Source of the DNA: the human T2T-CHM13v2.0 reference genome, Homo sapiens
Length of the DNA stretch: 64,000 nucleotides
Assembly: GCF_009914755.1 (NCBI RefSeq)
Contig: NC_060929.1
Direction: 5' to 3' (one strand)
Part shown: positions 17,486-31,074 of the stretch, piece after piece
Layout of the letters: the number at the start of each line of letters is the position of its first letter
Position numbering within the stretch: position 1 is the first letter of the stretch
Translations under genes and position numbers: made by a program
Notes under the pieces: model-generated
Told to the model about the DNA's origin: nothing
The model's input: only the letters and a program-made list of their open reading frames with translations
Database searches by the model: none

Positions 17486-17852
17486 CAGATGCCCCTTGAC
17501 TTACCATGAGGTTACATCTCAACAAACCCATCATAAGTTGAAAATACCTTGAGTTGAAAATGCATCTAAGACACTTAAGCTCCTGAACATTCTAGCTTAG
17601 CCTAGTCTACCTTAAACCTGTTTGAGCAACTTACGTTAGCCTACATTTGGATAAAATCATCTAGCGCAAAGCCTGTCTTATAATAAAGAGTTGAATATCT
17701 TATGTAATTTATTGAATGCTGAACTGAAGGGGAAAAAAGGAATGAATGTATCGGTACTCAAAATATGGTTTCTACTGAATGCATATCGTTTTCACACCAT
17801 TGCAAAGTGAAAACATTGTAAGATGAATCTTTATGAGTCGGGGAACAATCTG
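17486..17852 (+). mobile_element. MER47A (Tigger-family non-autonomous element), complete
   Basis: TA|cagatgccccttgacttac...gagtcggggaacaatctg|TA, 367 bp; internal tagcttagcctagtctaccttaaac matches recalled MER47A. Confidence 0.88.
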
Positions 17853-18532
17853 TACACTTTTAAATTGCACTATTAACCACTGTAATTTTGAGTTTATATA
17901 TGCAAGTCTATATACATAAAATAGATTTTCTTTACATCATCATTCTGTTATTATTTAATTCTTTTGACATGGATTAAAATTAAATAATCTATTTTTTTAA
18001 TTTAATAAAAATATGATTAAGTTCTATTTTTAAATTTATTCCAAGGATAACAGACTTTTATACGTTTGGAACAAAAGAAAAGTGGTACATATTGAGCAAA
18101 ATTACCCACTGAAATCTTTCTGTAACCCAAATCACTAATACTCAAAGTAAATAATATCTTTCAGTGTAACTGGATAATCAACAGTTTTAACTTTCTAAAC
18201 TCAAGAACTTGCTGTTATGAAAAGCCCCTACTTCACTAATGTTGGATATACTTAATCCAGTCTCGTTTGACTCACTAGAAATTGTTTCTGTGAACTATAT
18301 AATAGCAGTGTTCACCTCAAACAAATATACAGCATTAGAAACAAGAAATCTAGTGCATCAAAAGGCGAAGGCTAGAAAAGTGAAGAATAACTAGAAATTA
18401 AGCTGGGGCCAAAGGGTGAGAGTAAGGAACCAGACAGGGTGTGTTTGCTAGTCATGAAACCTGAGAGAACCTTTCTTCAAAACGGGCTCAGTCCTTGGTT
18501 GTGGCATTGATGTGGCTCTTTGCTGTGCTTAG

Positions 18533-18563
<31 letters not shown>

Positions 18564-18584
18564 GATGATGAAGATGATGATGAT
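18533..18584. repeat. (GAT)n trinucleotide microsatellite with two GAA interruptions
   Basis: Read directly: tgatgatgat...gaagatgatgaagatgatgatgat. Confidence 0.95.
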
Positions 18585-19597
18585 AAAATACCCAAGGTCC
18601 TAAATTAATATCTTGCACAATAACTCTGTGAAAAGACAGTTAAGCAAAGGAAAACAAAACAAACAGCATATCTAACCATGTCGAGTAATTTTACACTTTA
18701 ATTCTTAGTTTTCACAAGGTGTTTTCACTCTCATTCTTAAGCGGGTAAACACATTTTCAGAACAAGGAAAGATGATGCCTCATACCCCATGTTTCCTTAG
18801 CTGACACTATTCCAGTTTGTTGTTCACTCCAAGGACATGGAACAAAGACAGGTTTCATGTTGATTCAAAAACAGCTCTGTCTTTTGACAACCCCTTGTGG
18901 AGATCAATTAGATCCATCTGTGTCAAGTGGGCCGACTGCGACTCATTAGAACTAAGACTTGGTATACTACTTTATTTCATATAAAGTAGCACTTGTCAGA
19001 TACTAGCTACTGTGACATAAAATGTACAAAATAAAAAACACACTTACAGCAGGAGAATTTCTTTCATGTTAACCTTTCTCTGTTCCTCACACCAGGGTCT
19101 TGACTGTAACAATTTTCTTGAATTTGGAACGTGTATCTTTACCTAATAATGTTTTTTACTTAGGAAATTTTTGATTTTTCTAGTTCTTAAGTATTGCCTT
19201 AAAATCATGTTTTTCTTAATATTTTGGCCTCATCATTCTTTTATGTCTTCAAAATACAACAAACAGTAAATTAAACAACATAGCATGTTCTCTACTCTAG
19301 ATACATAGTTTCTCTATGTAAATTCTTATTTATTGACCTGCAGAGAGTTTTAATTAATCTTCATTTACCTTTTAATTATTTTTGTTGCAACCTTCAATTT
19401 TTTTTCAATAACTGTTCACATTTAAAAAAGACCTGTAAATCTATTCACCAGGCATCTTCTACTTTTCTAATTATCAACAGAACATCCTAGGGCTTCAGAA
19501 ATAAAAGACTGATAAATAATGTTAGGTTAATACATAATAATTACCAAGGCAGCAGATTTTGGAGAATACCTAACAAATATTTGAATGTATATGTGGA

Positions 19598-19626
19598 TGT
19601 GTGTGTGTGTGTGTGTGTGTGTGTGT
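19598..19626. repeat. (TG)14 microsatellite
   Basis: Read directly from the sequence. Confidence 0.95.
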
Positions 19627-19859
19627 CTGCATATAGCCCTATAAACCATATATGGTTTTCTGGAACTTAACTGGAAGTGAATCATGTTGTAATATGGAAA
19701 TGTAAAATAATAGTTTGAATTCAGTGAGTAAATTGGTTAGCATTCAGCCTGAAATGTACGGGTGCTCAGTAATTGTTATACTTATTTCTTTTTAAAAGAC
19801 AGATGAGCTTTTTTAGAGTTCTCTCCTGATTACTGATTCTCTTCAAGAATAAAAGCATT

Positions 19860-22422
19860 TGTTATGGACTGGATGTTTATGTTTCCCCAAAATTCATATG
19901 TTGAAATCCTAATGTCCAATGTATGATATATGGATAGGCTTTGTGGGGGTAAGGAGGTCATGAGGGTGGAGTCCTCATAAATAGGATTAGTGCCCTTCTA
20001 ACCAAGACCCAGACAGCTCTCTTTCTCTTTCTGCTGTGTGGATACAAAGACATGACTTTCTGCTGAATAGAAACCAGGCCTTTATTAGACAATGGATCTC
20101 TTGGCACATTGAACATAACCTTTCCAGCTTTCAGAAACAAGAGACATATATGTTTTTTGCTGAAGCCACTCCATCAACGGTAATTTGTTATAGCAGCCTT
20201 AAGTGACTAAGACAGACATTGGTACCAAACGGTGGGGGTGCAGCTATAAAAAATACCTAAAAATGTAGAAGTGGCTCTGAAACTGAGTAAGGGGTACAGG
20301 CTGGAAGAGTTTTGAAGTGCTAAAATTATGAATGTTCAAGGATATTCTGTTAAAGGTTCAGAAAGAAAAGAGAACTGTAGAGAAAGATTCTGTCCTCCCA
20401 AATAACAACTCAACAGTCATAAACAGAATGTTGGTAGATATATGGACAGTAAAAGCCATTCTGATATGTTAACAGAGAGAAATAAAGACATGTTATTAGA
20501 AACTAGAGGAAAGGTCAGTAAGTGGCAAAGAAGTTAGGTGGATGGTGTTCATGGTCTAGTATTTTGTGGAAAGAAGGACTTTTGAGTGATGAAATTATTA
20601 GATATTTAGCTGAGGAGATTTTTAAGCAAAGTGTTAAAGGAGTAGCTTGGTTCCTCACAACTGCTTGCAGTAAAATGTGAAATAAAAGAAATGAAATAAA
20701 GATGAATTTTTTAAGTAAAAAGAAACCAAAGCTTAAGGACTTGGAAATATCTCAGCCCCGTCCGTGTTCCAAAATAATGAGAAAGTGTGTTTAGAAGAGA
20801 ACATTAAGGGTTGATAGATTGATTACTTAATAAGAAGATTTGTATAGGTGTGAACCAGAACTTCATCTGCTATTTCAAAAAAAGCCAGGAAAACAGATGA
20901 GATTATAATAGCAGAAACACTGCCAGCTGGTACTAAAGAAAACAGAAATGTGGTAAAATGAAAGAAGATCATCAAACTTCTTCAGCTCTGTTAAATAGCA
21001 TCACATAGCTCTTCAGCTATGAGCATTCATAATTCTCCAAATCGAGGGAAGAATTCCAAATCACCCCAACAGTGATTTGATGTCACCAGGCTTGTGGAAT
21101 GGCTGCTTCCATAATGATTTTAAACATTGGGATCAATGCCTAGAAGAGACACTGGGGTAGGGTCGCTCAGTGGAGCCCTGAGAGTGTGACCACTGCACAT
21201 GAGTGAGGACACTGCAGAGAACCACAGCATGGGTGGTGTCCCTCCGAGTGGTGGAGGTTATATTGCCACCCTAGTGAGTCCAAAAGTGGGACATCCATTC
21301 TAGTGGGCCTGAGAGGTGAAGAATAGAGCTAGAGAAGGATTATGTTTGAGACTAAGGTTTAATGGAGTTTCCCCTGTTAGGTTTTGGACTTACATTGGAC
21401 CTCTCACCCCTCTCTTCTTTCCTCTTCCTACATCTTGGAATAGGAATATCTTCACCATTGTATTTTGGAAACACATAATTTATTTGGTTTCACAGCTGGA
21501 GATTCACAGCTGGAGAGGAATTTGGCCTCGGGATGAATTGTACCTTTTGTCTCACATTTGTTTGGCTTAGATGATATTTAGATGACACTTTGGATTTTAA
21601 TTAATATTAGAAGAAGTTGAGACTTTGGGGGCCCTTAGGATGTCTGCATTTTGCATGTAAGAAAGACATAAATTTGGGGTGGGCAGAATTGGAATCTTAT
21701 GAGATGATATGTATCCCCCCAAAATTCACATCTTGCAATCCTAAACCTCAATGTGATAGTATTAAAAGATGGGGCATTTGGGAGGTAATTAGTTCATCCG
21801 GATGGAGCCCTCATGAAGTTATTTTTACCATTACAAAAGGGACTCTAGAGAGAGCTCTCTTTCTCTTTCTCCAGTGTCTGGAAACAAGGAGAAGATGACC
21901 ACCTGCTGAAAAGAAAGCCGGTCTTCACCAGACGCTGGATCTGCTGGTCGCTTGATCTTGGACTGTCTAGCCTCCAGAACTGTGTTTGTTACTTAAGTCA
22001 TCCAGTGATATGGTTTGGCTCTGGGTTCCAATCAAAATCTCATTTAGAATTGTAATCCCTACATGTTGAAGGAGGGTCCTTGTGGGAGGTGATTGGCTCA
22101 TGGGAGTGGGGGTGGTTCCCCCATGCTTTGCTCATGATAGTGAGTGAGTTCTTACAAAATCTGATTGTTTCATAAGTTGTTTGACTGTTCCTCCTTCACA
22201 CGTTGTGTCTTGCCTGCTGCCATGTAAGATGTGCCTGCTTCTCCTTCCGCCATGATTGTAAGTTTCCTGAGGCCTCCCCAGGCATGTGGAACTGTGAATC
22301 GATTAAACCTCTTTACTTTATAGATTACCCAGTCTCAGGGTGGTTCTTTATAGTAGTGTGAAAACGAACTAATACATCCAGTATGTGTTAATGGATGGTA
22401 GCAGCTAGAACTGACTGAGGTA
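19860..22422 (+). mobile_element. Complete MLT1A-type MaLR: 5' LTR 19860-20213, internal 20214-21694, 3' LTR 21695-22422 (interrupted)
   Basis: 5' LTR tgttatggactgg...gactaagaca; internal begins gacattggtacc; purine tract ggggtgggcagaattggaa precedes the 3' LTR; 5-bp TSD gcatt / gtatt. Confidence 0.85.
22006..22376 (+). mobile_element. THE1D/MSTA-type solo LTR nested in the MLT1A 3' LTR
   Basis: tgatatggtttggct...gaactaataca, 371 bp, with a perfect 5-bp TSD tccag (22001-22005 and 22377-22381). Confidence 0.9.
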
Positions 22423-23510
22423 GTATTCATGTAATTATAGGTGATGGATTCAGATAAATCCAAAGAGCAAGTTACGTATGCTGTCAAGCCATTTCCTGAG
22501 ATGTCACTATATGCAATTACTGTGTTAAGGATACTACTGAACACTTGATCCTTTGTTTTAATCTTTACTTGTCACATAGTGTAAAATCTTACAAGATATC
22601 TGTCTGTTGTATGTCAATAGAATAAAGTGTTTTTGCTTTAAAAACCTACTTAATATTTTCTTATTTTGGTTCTTGCATAGTAAGCTTCTTTCGGGACAGA
22701 AGATTCAGGAACAAATCTCATACTTGTCTTTTAATTGGTTTCTCAACAGCTGTAGGCACGCGGCAGAAAATTCAAGCATACAATAGAACGAATGGGAAAT
22801 AAAGTCTCAAAACATACTGCTGGGTCAATGCATAAATGAGGAAAAGGGAAATTGTATTATGTCTTGATAGTACTAGTGGACTTTATGTGTTGAGAGAGAG
22901 TGACAGAGGGAGAGAGATGAGCAGGAAGCAGCTTCTTGCAAAGCATTTGCTTTGAGCAATTCCATAAATTCATTTTACTCTAGGACTGACTCTAACTGTG
23001 TCTCTACTCATTTCACCTCAACAACAGTAGACAAGTTTGTTACACTGGAAAAAATGACATGCAAATTGCAATAACTTTTTCAAACACTAACTTTGGGTAA
23101 GGGGTCAGAAATTTTAGAGTAATTATAAAATGTATTAATGTCTATTTTACTCTAGGCACTTTCAAAGTATCTTAATATTACTAATTATGAGAATCATTCT
23201 CTAAAAGGTTATGTTATTAAATCCCGTTTATACATGAAGAGTTGAGATTTGTTACCTTGAGTGACATGAGAATCAGACCTCTATTGGTTATAACACCACT
23301 AGTAAACACTGCTGCAATAGTTGATAATATGTTTTCCCCCCAATCCTATAACATTTCCTCTATTCTTATGTAAAGTCATTATGTTTTCAAGCATCATATT
23401 CTATAATTAAATCATCATGCAGTTTTGGACAGAGAATTGGTTCTCTGGTTTTTGTTCTTGTTTTGTTTTGTTTTCCTGAAACATAGAAAAAAAATGTTTC
23501 TTTTTCTCAC

Positions 23511-23764
23511 CTAACAGCACTGCTGCCTACATCCAGGTCTTGAGCAGTGACAGCGCCAATGATGGTCCCTACCGGAGTGTCTTCATAAACCTCCATGGTG
23601 TAGAGCGGCTTGCTGAAAACCGGTGGCTCATCTACGTCCAGCACGCTGATCTTCACCGTAGCTGTGTCTTTGAAAGGGCCCGCCGAGTGAAACCGGTGGT
23701 CAAGGTGAAGGTTGGAAGCCTCAACTTTGAAAGTGTATGCCTTCTTTGTTTCAAAATCTAAAGG
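23511..23764 (-). CDS. CDH12: Cadherin-12 coding exon (probably exon 10), 254 nt, phase 0-2; end of EC3 and start of EC4
   Basis: [84 protein letters not shown](R). Acceptor ctcactacag|CCT, donor GTTAG|gtgaga. LDFE and DVDEPP are type II cadherin motifs. Confidence 0.97.
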
Positions 23765-23896
23765 CTGTAGTGAGGACAAATTAAGAATAAGGAGTAAATT
23801 TATATAGAATGTGGCAGAAATGGTGAACATTACTTCAGAGCAATTTGCAAGTTATTATCAATTATACTGGTTTAAAATTTTCATTTTTCTTAATAA

Positions 23897-24218
<322 letters not shown>

Positions 24219-25829
24219 AAGCAAGGTAAACATTTTAAGAAAAGAATCACGTCCATGTAGAAGTTTCTGGGTAACTTGTAAAGATCATCAGTTGCCTATG
24301 TTTGAAAAACTCATCATTTACGTGCAGACATACATGCTAGGTAGGGCTTAATCATTTTATATGAGCAAAGTTAAAACAGCAACAGAACAGATGTTCAGGG
24401 AAGCATTTCTCTGCTCTTATCCAATACTGACATCTAGTGGAACAAAGCAATGATAAACAAAAAAATGAATAAAAATGAAATAGGATCATTGAAGATACTC
24501 TAGATTCTAGCTGTAAATTTGGTATTGAAAAAGTGGTCCCATGAAAACTCCATATTTTGTTGTCTTATTTTATGGCATCTTATATTAAATACTTTTGGAT
24601 GTCTAGATCTTTTTTTATTTTTTTTACTAGTAAATGTCTGTATCAGTATTTAAAAGCATACATAGTACTAATTTAAAAAGAATTTTTGTGTGTGTGTGTT
24701 CTCAGAACTGTATATATAAATTATGGGCGCGGTAACACATCATCAATACACATTACCAAGAATTGTGGCTTTATATATTAATATATATGACTAAATTAGA
24801 GAAGGCTGTGAAACATAATATAGAAAGTCATTTTCTATGGAGTCACGGATGCTCAGTTTTAGCTTATCGCTGCTTACTTGCACCCTCACTCTAAATATTA
24901 ATTTTATGTCCACAATAACTGAAAATACACTATTCCTGAAATATGGTGCTGCTGTGGTGCTTTGTTTAAGTGACAATTTTAAGGTCAATGGCTCTGGCCT
25001 CTGATCATCTAAGAAAATCTGAGACAACACGAATTTAACATTAACATGGTGATTTTCTGGGACCTTTAAAAATTTATGTTTTCTAAAGGAATTCCTTCAA
25101 GTCTGACCCCAGTAAGTTGCTAATTGCTGTGTCAGTACCTGTTCCTTTACTGTAGTACACCTGGGGAAAATAAAGGAAGGATGGATATTTTTCTCCTTCT
25201 AAGATATGATTGCCATTTTATGCATTTCCTCTGAGGAACAAAAACAAAAACAAAAAAACACTTTTAAATCTTCGAAAACTCACAATTTCATGGAATTTAT
25301 TATAACAAAACAGCAATTTCACTTGAATATGACATCAGTCTCTTTCACCATACTTTTTTATGCAGCAGGAACTATATTTATTAATTCCCTATAGGTATTC
25401 CTTTTATCATATTTTTATTTATGTGTTTATCTGCTTTGTAATCAATGTTTTCTTTTTACTTTTCTATATTTTAATTTGCTAACCTCATACCTGTTAACTT
25501 ATAATATTGATTTCCTTTCATTTTCATATTTCTCCTGTTAGAAATTTTGATTTCTCTAAATACCTATATAAGCAAAGAATAGTATGCATAATATGCGATG
25601 GTTGATAATGTGGCCTTTGATGACATGAATAGAAGTGTAGTATCTGAAAAAAAGAGAGAGGATCACCCAGTGATGTTCCTTTGATCAGCCTAAAGCTTGA
25701 ATACTGTGTTTTGTTAAAGAAATCAGACTCAAGAAAAGACAACTTATTGCACGACTAGAATGATAAAATATTACCAAAGCCAAAAATGAGAAACCACTAC
25801 AATTACTGCCAAGGCAAGGAAAGACACAC

Positions 25830-25985
25830 ATTTTCAAATACTTGAAGGGCCATTATGTTGACATTACTTAGGATTATTCTTTATGCCTCTGAGTGGTGAA
25901 TTAATAGTAATTTGAGTTATTAACGAGAGTAAATTTAGATTAGAAAAAAGAGAAAACCTCTAATAAATAAAATCATTCTATAGTG
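25830..25985 (+). mobile_element. L3/CR1 remnant
   Basis: ttttcaaatacttgaagggccattatg...ggattattctttatgcctctgag...aaatttagattagaaaaaagagaaaacctctaa resembles the CR1/L3 ORF2 3' end. Confidence 0.45.
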
Positions 25986-25996
25986 AATTAAAAAAA

Positions 25997-25998
<2 letters not shown>

Positions 25999-26050
<52 letters not shown>
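25999..26050. repeat. (AC)26 perfect microsatellite
   Basis: Read directly from the sequence. Confidence 0.97.
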
Positions 26051-26056
<6 letters not shown>

Positions 26057-27516
26057 GTTTTACGTGGTGGCAAGGCTTGACATGCATCCTGTAAGGATGG
26101 AAAGATGAAAAGACAAGACTTGCCTCTCAATTCATTCAACAAATTACAGAATATTGCCATCTTGCTTAATGAGTGAGTTTGAAGAAGTACCAAGTTCTCT
26201 ATAATTACATGTGTTTAAGAGATATTCAATATGTTAGAAGATATCGGAGAGAGAATGATGTGTAAGATAGAAGCGTGCACTAGCTAATTCAAATTAAGGA
26301 ACATATAAAAATATGTTTTCTGTTTTTCCAAACTCTAAATGCTCTATAAATGTTAAACAATATAAGTGGTCTATGTTAGGTATCCTTAACTTGTAGTATA
26401 AGACTACTTTGATTTTTATCACCTTAGGGTTCCTTTTGCCTAGAAAGCAAATTGAGCTGACCTGGCTCATACTTACTCCCTTTCTTAGGCAAAAATTAAC
26501 TTCTATCTTAGAACGTAAACGTTTGTACCAATCATTCCCCATTTCCCTCTCTACTTTCTCATATGTTGAAGTACTTCTAATTATCTATATGATTTGGCAA
26601 ATTCTTTCTAGATAAGATCTTAATTTTTTTTCCCTACTTGATTACACACTACTGTTATCTGGATAATCTTGACTCTCTACAGGTAACTCCTTTTCAAGCC
26701 AGACATGAAAGGAGAATTTTGAAACCTTTAAAAGAGATGAGATGTATTCCATGCCTTTTAAGGACCCCTGACCTATAACAGCAGGCAAATATCTGGTTGT
26801 TAGGGAGACAGAGTAAGATAAAAGAATCCTGTACATACAGATTTTTTGCAACTGAAAACTTATAGCCTGTAGTGATCAAAGAACTAAAGAAAATTGTAAG
26901 AGAAATGCCACCATAGTCTCCTAGGTGGACTTACTTCTTCGTGACCCTGACTTTTAGGCAATCCCACTTGACAAAATGGTATATAGCTCAGAAAGGGCAA
27001 AGAGAACCAGCAGTGATCTGTCTTTAATTGAATTTACCTACACATCTGACTGACTACCCTCCATTTTTGGGGGGAATGAACTTTAGTTTCACAATCAATA
27101 AAAATCCCAGCATTTGAAATAAATATAGAATAAATAGGATTAGTTTCAGTGCTAGAAAATAAATCATATTCTATGATAGACATACATTATTGTGAGGTTG
27201 AACTAATTTATCTCTTGCACAATAAATAGAGAACTTTGTGGCATTGCTTGGAGCCCATTTAATGGTTATGAACCTCTCAAAGGGGAAGAAATGATTGACT
27301 AAAGAGAATTTAGTTGAGCAGCTTCTTTCTCTTTAGGTTGTTTCTATAAGGGAAGACTAGTGGCACCAGAATGTTCAGGAAACAATTCATCTAATTGAGT
27401 TGTGCAGTAAGAACCACAACTATAGAGAAATGAAATATGATATACTCAATTGTTCTACAGAGACTCAAGGGAGGAATTGGGGAAGGAGGGAATTTTGCTT
27501 CTTTGTTTTTTGCCAC

Positions 27517-28075
27517 TGAAGGAAATAAAAAATATTTTACCCCCCAAGATATTTCTCTGATGTATTTTGAAATGTCTGCCACAGGGCCAGAAAATATAAG
27601 TGGCCTTGCAAAGCTATCTTTTGTGGGAGAAAAATTGCATCTGTAAGGAATTCCCATTAACGTGGGCAGGTCTTTTCTATGCCTTTCCCAGACCTAGGAG
27701 CCAATGAGAGCCTGACAATTTTAAAAGTCTGAAAATAAATAACTATCATCTATTTTCTCTGAGGGAGGTTTCATTTACATAACAAGTGGCTTTGGTAGCC
27801 AAGCCACTTCCTTTCTCCCTCTCATAACCTTTCTTGCCACTAAACGTGATTTACCAAGACAACCTGGTTTTGTCCATGCTCTGGGCCACCATTCTTTCTG
27901 TAACCTTGAGATGGTGATTAGATTCTGTAACTTATTGGGAAATTGGGTCTTCATTCTGAAGGCACCTGTATATACACGTTAAATAATTTGTTTGCCTTTT
28001 CTCCTATTAATCAATCTCCCTCATGTCAGTAATTTTTCAGCAAACCTTTTGTGGCCCAAGAGCCTATATCTCCCA
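27517..28075 (+). mobile_element. ERV1 solo LTR (MER34A-like)
   Basis: Starts tgaaggaaataaaaaatattttaccccc; contains gccttgcaaagctatcttttgtgggagaaaaattgcatctgta and ttttctcctattaatc...tttttcagcaaacctt, typical of the MER34/MER4 group. Confidence 0.7.
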
Positions 28076-28078
28076 CAC

Positions 28079-28820
28079 TGAAAACACCTTTGCAAAGATT
28101 ATGACAGTGAGGGAAGTCTAGCATGGCGGACTCCATCTTGCTTCTAGCCTCACAGGCTGGCAGTCTTGGCTCATTCCCCAGCATAGCCCAAGCTAACTAT
28201 GGAATTTAGTTTATACTTTAACTTTGAACCAAGGATGATAGTAGTCCCTCCCTATAACTGATGCCCTCCTTGGTCCTGGGCCAAAACCATGTTTGCAAAA
28301 CTAAAGAAAGTCCACAAGATTAGGATTATGATAGTGGCCTGAATTCTGCTAAAACATAGGTAGTTTCTATAGTCTCTTACTGCTCACAAATCATGTGAAC
28401 AGAGGTCACAAGATTTGTAACTTCCCTAATTGCTCCTACAGATAACATCACCATTGCAGAATCTAAGATTGGTCTTTTGAGATGTTTTTCACTCTAACCC
28501 CACCCAGATTTGTGGCATATGACTCAACCAGTCCTATGGCTCCCTGCCCAGAGATGGACTCAGCATGGGGGGGACTGTATTTTACACCCTTATGATGACA
28601 TCCCCAATGAATCAGCAGCACCCATTTGCTAGTCCCTTGCCCACCAAACTATCCTTGGAAAACCTTAACCTCTGGGCCTTCAGGGAGACTGACCTGAGTA
28701 ACAACTCTGTCTTCCACATGGCTAGCCTGGTGTCAGATAAGCTCTTTACTGCAGTACCATGGTCTCAGAGAATTGGTTTTGTCTGTGCAATGGGCAGGAA
28801 GAGCCCATTGGGCTATTACA
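28079..28820 (+). mobile_element. ERV1 solo LTR (LTR8A/B-like)
   Basis: tgaaaacacctttgcaaagattatgacagtgag...gactccatcttgcttctagcctc...cccattgggctattaca; TG..CA termini; flanks acac / gcac. Confidence 0.85.
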
Positions 28821-29054
28821 GCACTACTTTCTCTGTTCTTACATTGCTGAAGTCCAGGTCACAAAAAACTAAGTGAAATGTTAAGTGCCAAAAGATTTTC
28901 TCATTTCAAAGGGAAATAAGCAATTTTTTGGCATAAATTATAAGAGAATAGCTACCTGGGCTCTTCCAGGGCTCCTCATGCTTCCAGATAATGTTGAGTG
29001 GAAATGGATAGCTATGGTTATAGATATTTTGAGGAATTTGAAAAAATGATAGCT

Positions 29055-29660
29055 TCAGCAGGCAGAATTCTAAGATGCTCCCAATATTCCTGCCCCCAAT
29101 GACCTATACTCTGTGTGCAATGACTCTGCCATTCATTGTGTGAGAGGCCTGTAAATTAAATGACATCTCACTCACATAAACTTATTAAGTTTAATGGAAA
29201 AATAAGTTGTGCATATATAATTAGGGTCCCTAATCACTTGACATTGAGTTAATTAAGGAGATTTTACTTGAGAGGTGTGATCTAACCAGGAGACCCCTTA
29301 AAAGAAAGGAGTGATGCAGATGCTTTTCGTCCTGCCTTATAAGAAGTAAATTTGTCATTATAGGAGATTATGTGGCAAGTGGCAAGTGCTCAAGGGGTGC
29401 CTGTGGGAACTGAAACCTGATATTTGGCGAGAGCTAACAACATTGTCATAGGAGCCACAAGGAAGTAGTAACTACCACAAAAACAAAACAAACACACAAC
29501 AACAATACAAAACAAACAGCCAGGAGGAACTGGCTCTGCTAGGAACCAGTAAGGTTACAAAAGACTCCAAGGCTTAGATTGGATCATAGCCCCAATCACG
29601 CCTTGATTTCCTCCCAAAAGGCCCTGAGCAAAGGAACCAGTTATGCCATATTATGACTCA
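29055..29660 (+). mobile_element. MLT1E/F-like LTR (3' end lost)
   Basis: aggcagaattctaagatgctccca...aattagggtccctaatcacttgacattgagttaattaaggagatt...ccttgatt...ccctgagcaaaggaaccagttatgcca. Confidence 0.7.
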
Positions 29661-31074
29661 CTGTAGCCGTGGTTTTGTCCCTTTTTACTTTTTACTCTTC
29701 TGTATTACTTCAATTTTTATAGTAAGCCTATATTATTTTTACCAACACAGTAAAGCCATCACTTTTAGGAAAATATATCCTTGAGTGATAAGGCTCTACA
29801 CTCTCAATTATCTAGTAGGTCTTAATAGGCAATGGGAAGGAATACCGTCAATGAACGCAAATGATCCGAGGATGTAGGCTTATCTGAAACAGACTAGATT
29901 CTTTCTAAGACAAGCAGTTAGAAAACAGATTTATACCAGGCTGAACCAGGATGCACAGACACTAGGAGCAAGCTCTTATAAATAGGTTTATTACACTAGG
30001 CTGAACAATAAAGATAAGATGTTCAGAACAAGCATCATTTTAATGAAAAAGCAGGTTTCCTAAAACTCAGTTTTATGATCAATATAGTAGTCAATTCTTG
30101 TCTGGGAAGAGACGTGGGAGAGTTTATGCATATCTCATCATCATTGACAAAAGGTTGCAACTCAATATTTTATATAAAAAAGCTGTATTTGATGAACAAA
30201 AGTTGCCACTATATCAGGTGAGAATGTCCCTGTAACAAAGGGAAAAACAATGAAATGTAGTTAAGTTTTAAAACGTAGATTTTAGTTTGGACAAAATTTC
30301 AACACCATTTGTTAGAAAATTAATAATATATAAGCTTATAAGAAACATATAATTACTAGGCAAAAAGTGTTTGTAAACAAAAATATTTAAATGAAGAAAC
30401 ATCCATTTTATATAACTTATCTTAAAAATATTTGTAACAAAACTATTTATTAGAAATGCACTTAATTTTTCTGTGGACAAGTTATTACTATACTTTAGTG
30501 TTTTGCAACTCTGCAAAATTTTCGTAGTTTTAACAAATTATCTTAAGAATCATGGTCATTATAGTAATGCCTGTATTTTAGCGGTAATTTTTGGAATAAA
30601 TTTAGTAACCAAGATAAACAAAAAACAAGCAAACAAAACAAAACAAAAAAGAATTGCAAGAAACTCTAGTGCTTCTAGACATAGGTTTTTAGTGATATTT
30701 CCCCTAAAAAATTACAGAGGGTTTCGTCACATACTATAAATGCTGAAATAAAATATATGTGTCATGTCCACATACAGTATAAATCATGACTATTGGGGAG
30801 GCCAATTATCTTTTCTAACATGCATTGTTGTACACAACAATTGGAAGTATACTCTTTCTAAACATATACTATGATTTACAGCAAGCTGTGTGACTTTGAA
30901 AAATTATCTTCCTTCTTTGAGCTTCAGCTTTCCTATTTGTAGAATCAGTAAAACATATTTTTCTAAATTATTTGCAAAACGTTCCAAACTTTACATGCTA
31001 TGTGAGTAAAAAGAAAAATAATGCAGCAGAAGTGAAAACAGTAAACCAACAGAAGATATTTGTCCTTTTAGTCG

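Noticed and set aside
18533-18584. Poly-Asp coding stretch
   Set aside because: An intronic microsatellite with no supporting ORF or splice sites.
23530-23700. Local CpG enrichment (about 10 CpGs) as a CpG island
   Set aside because: Too short and confined to the coding exon; explained by codon constraint.
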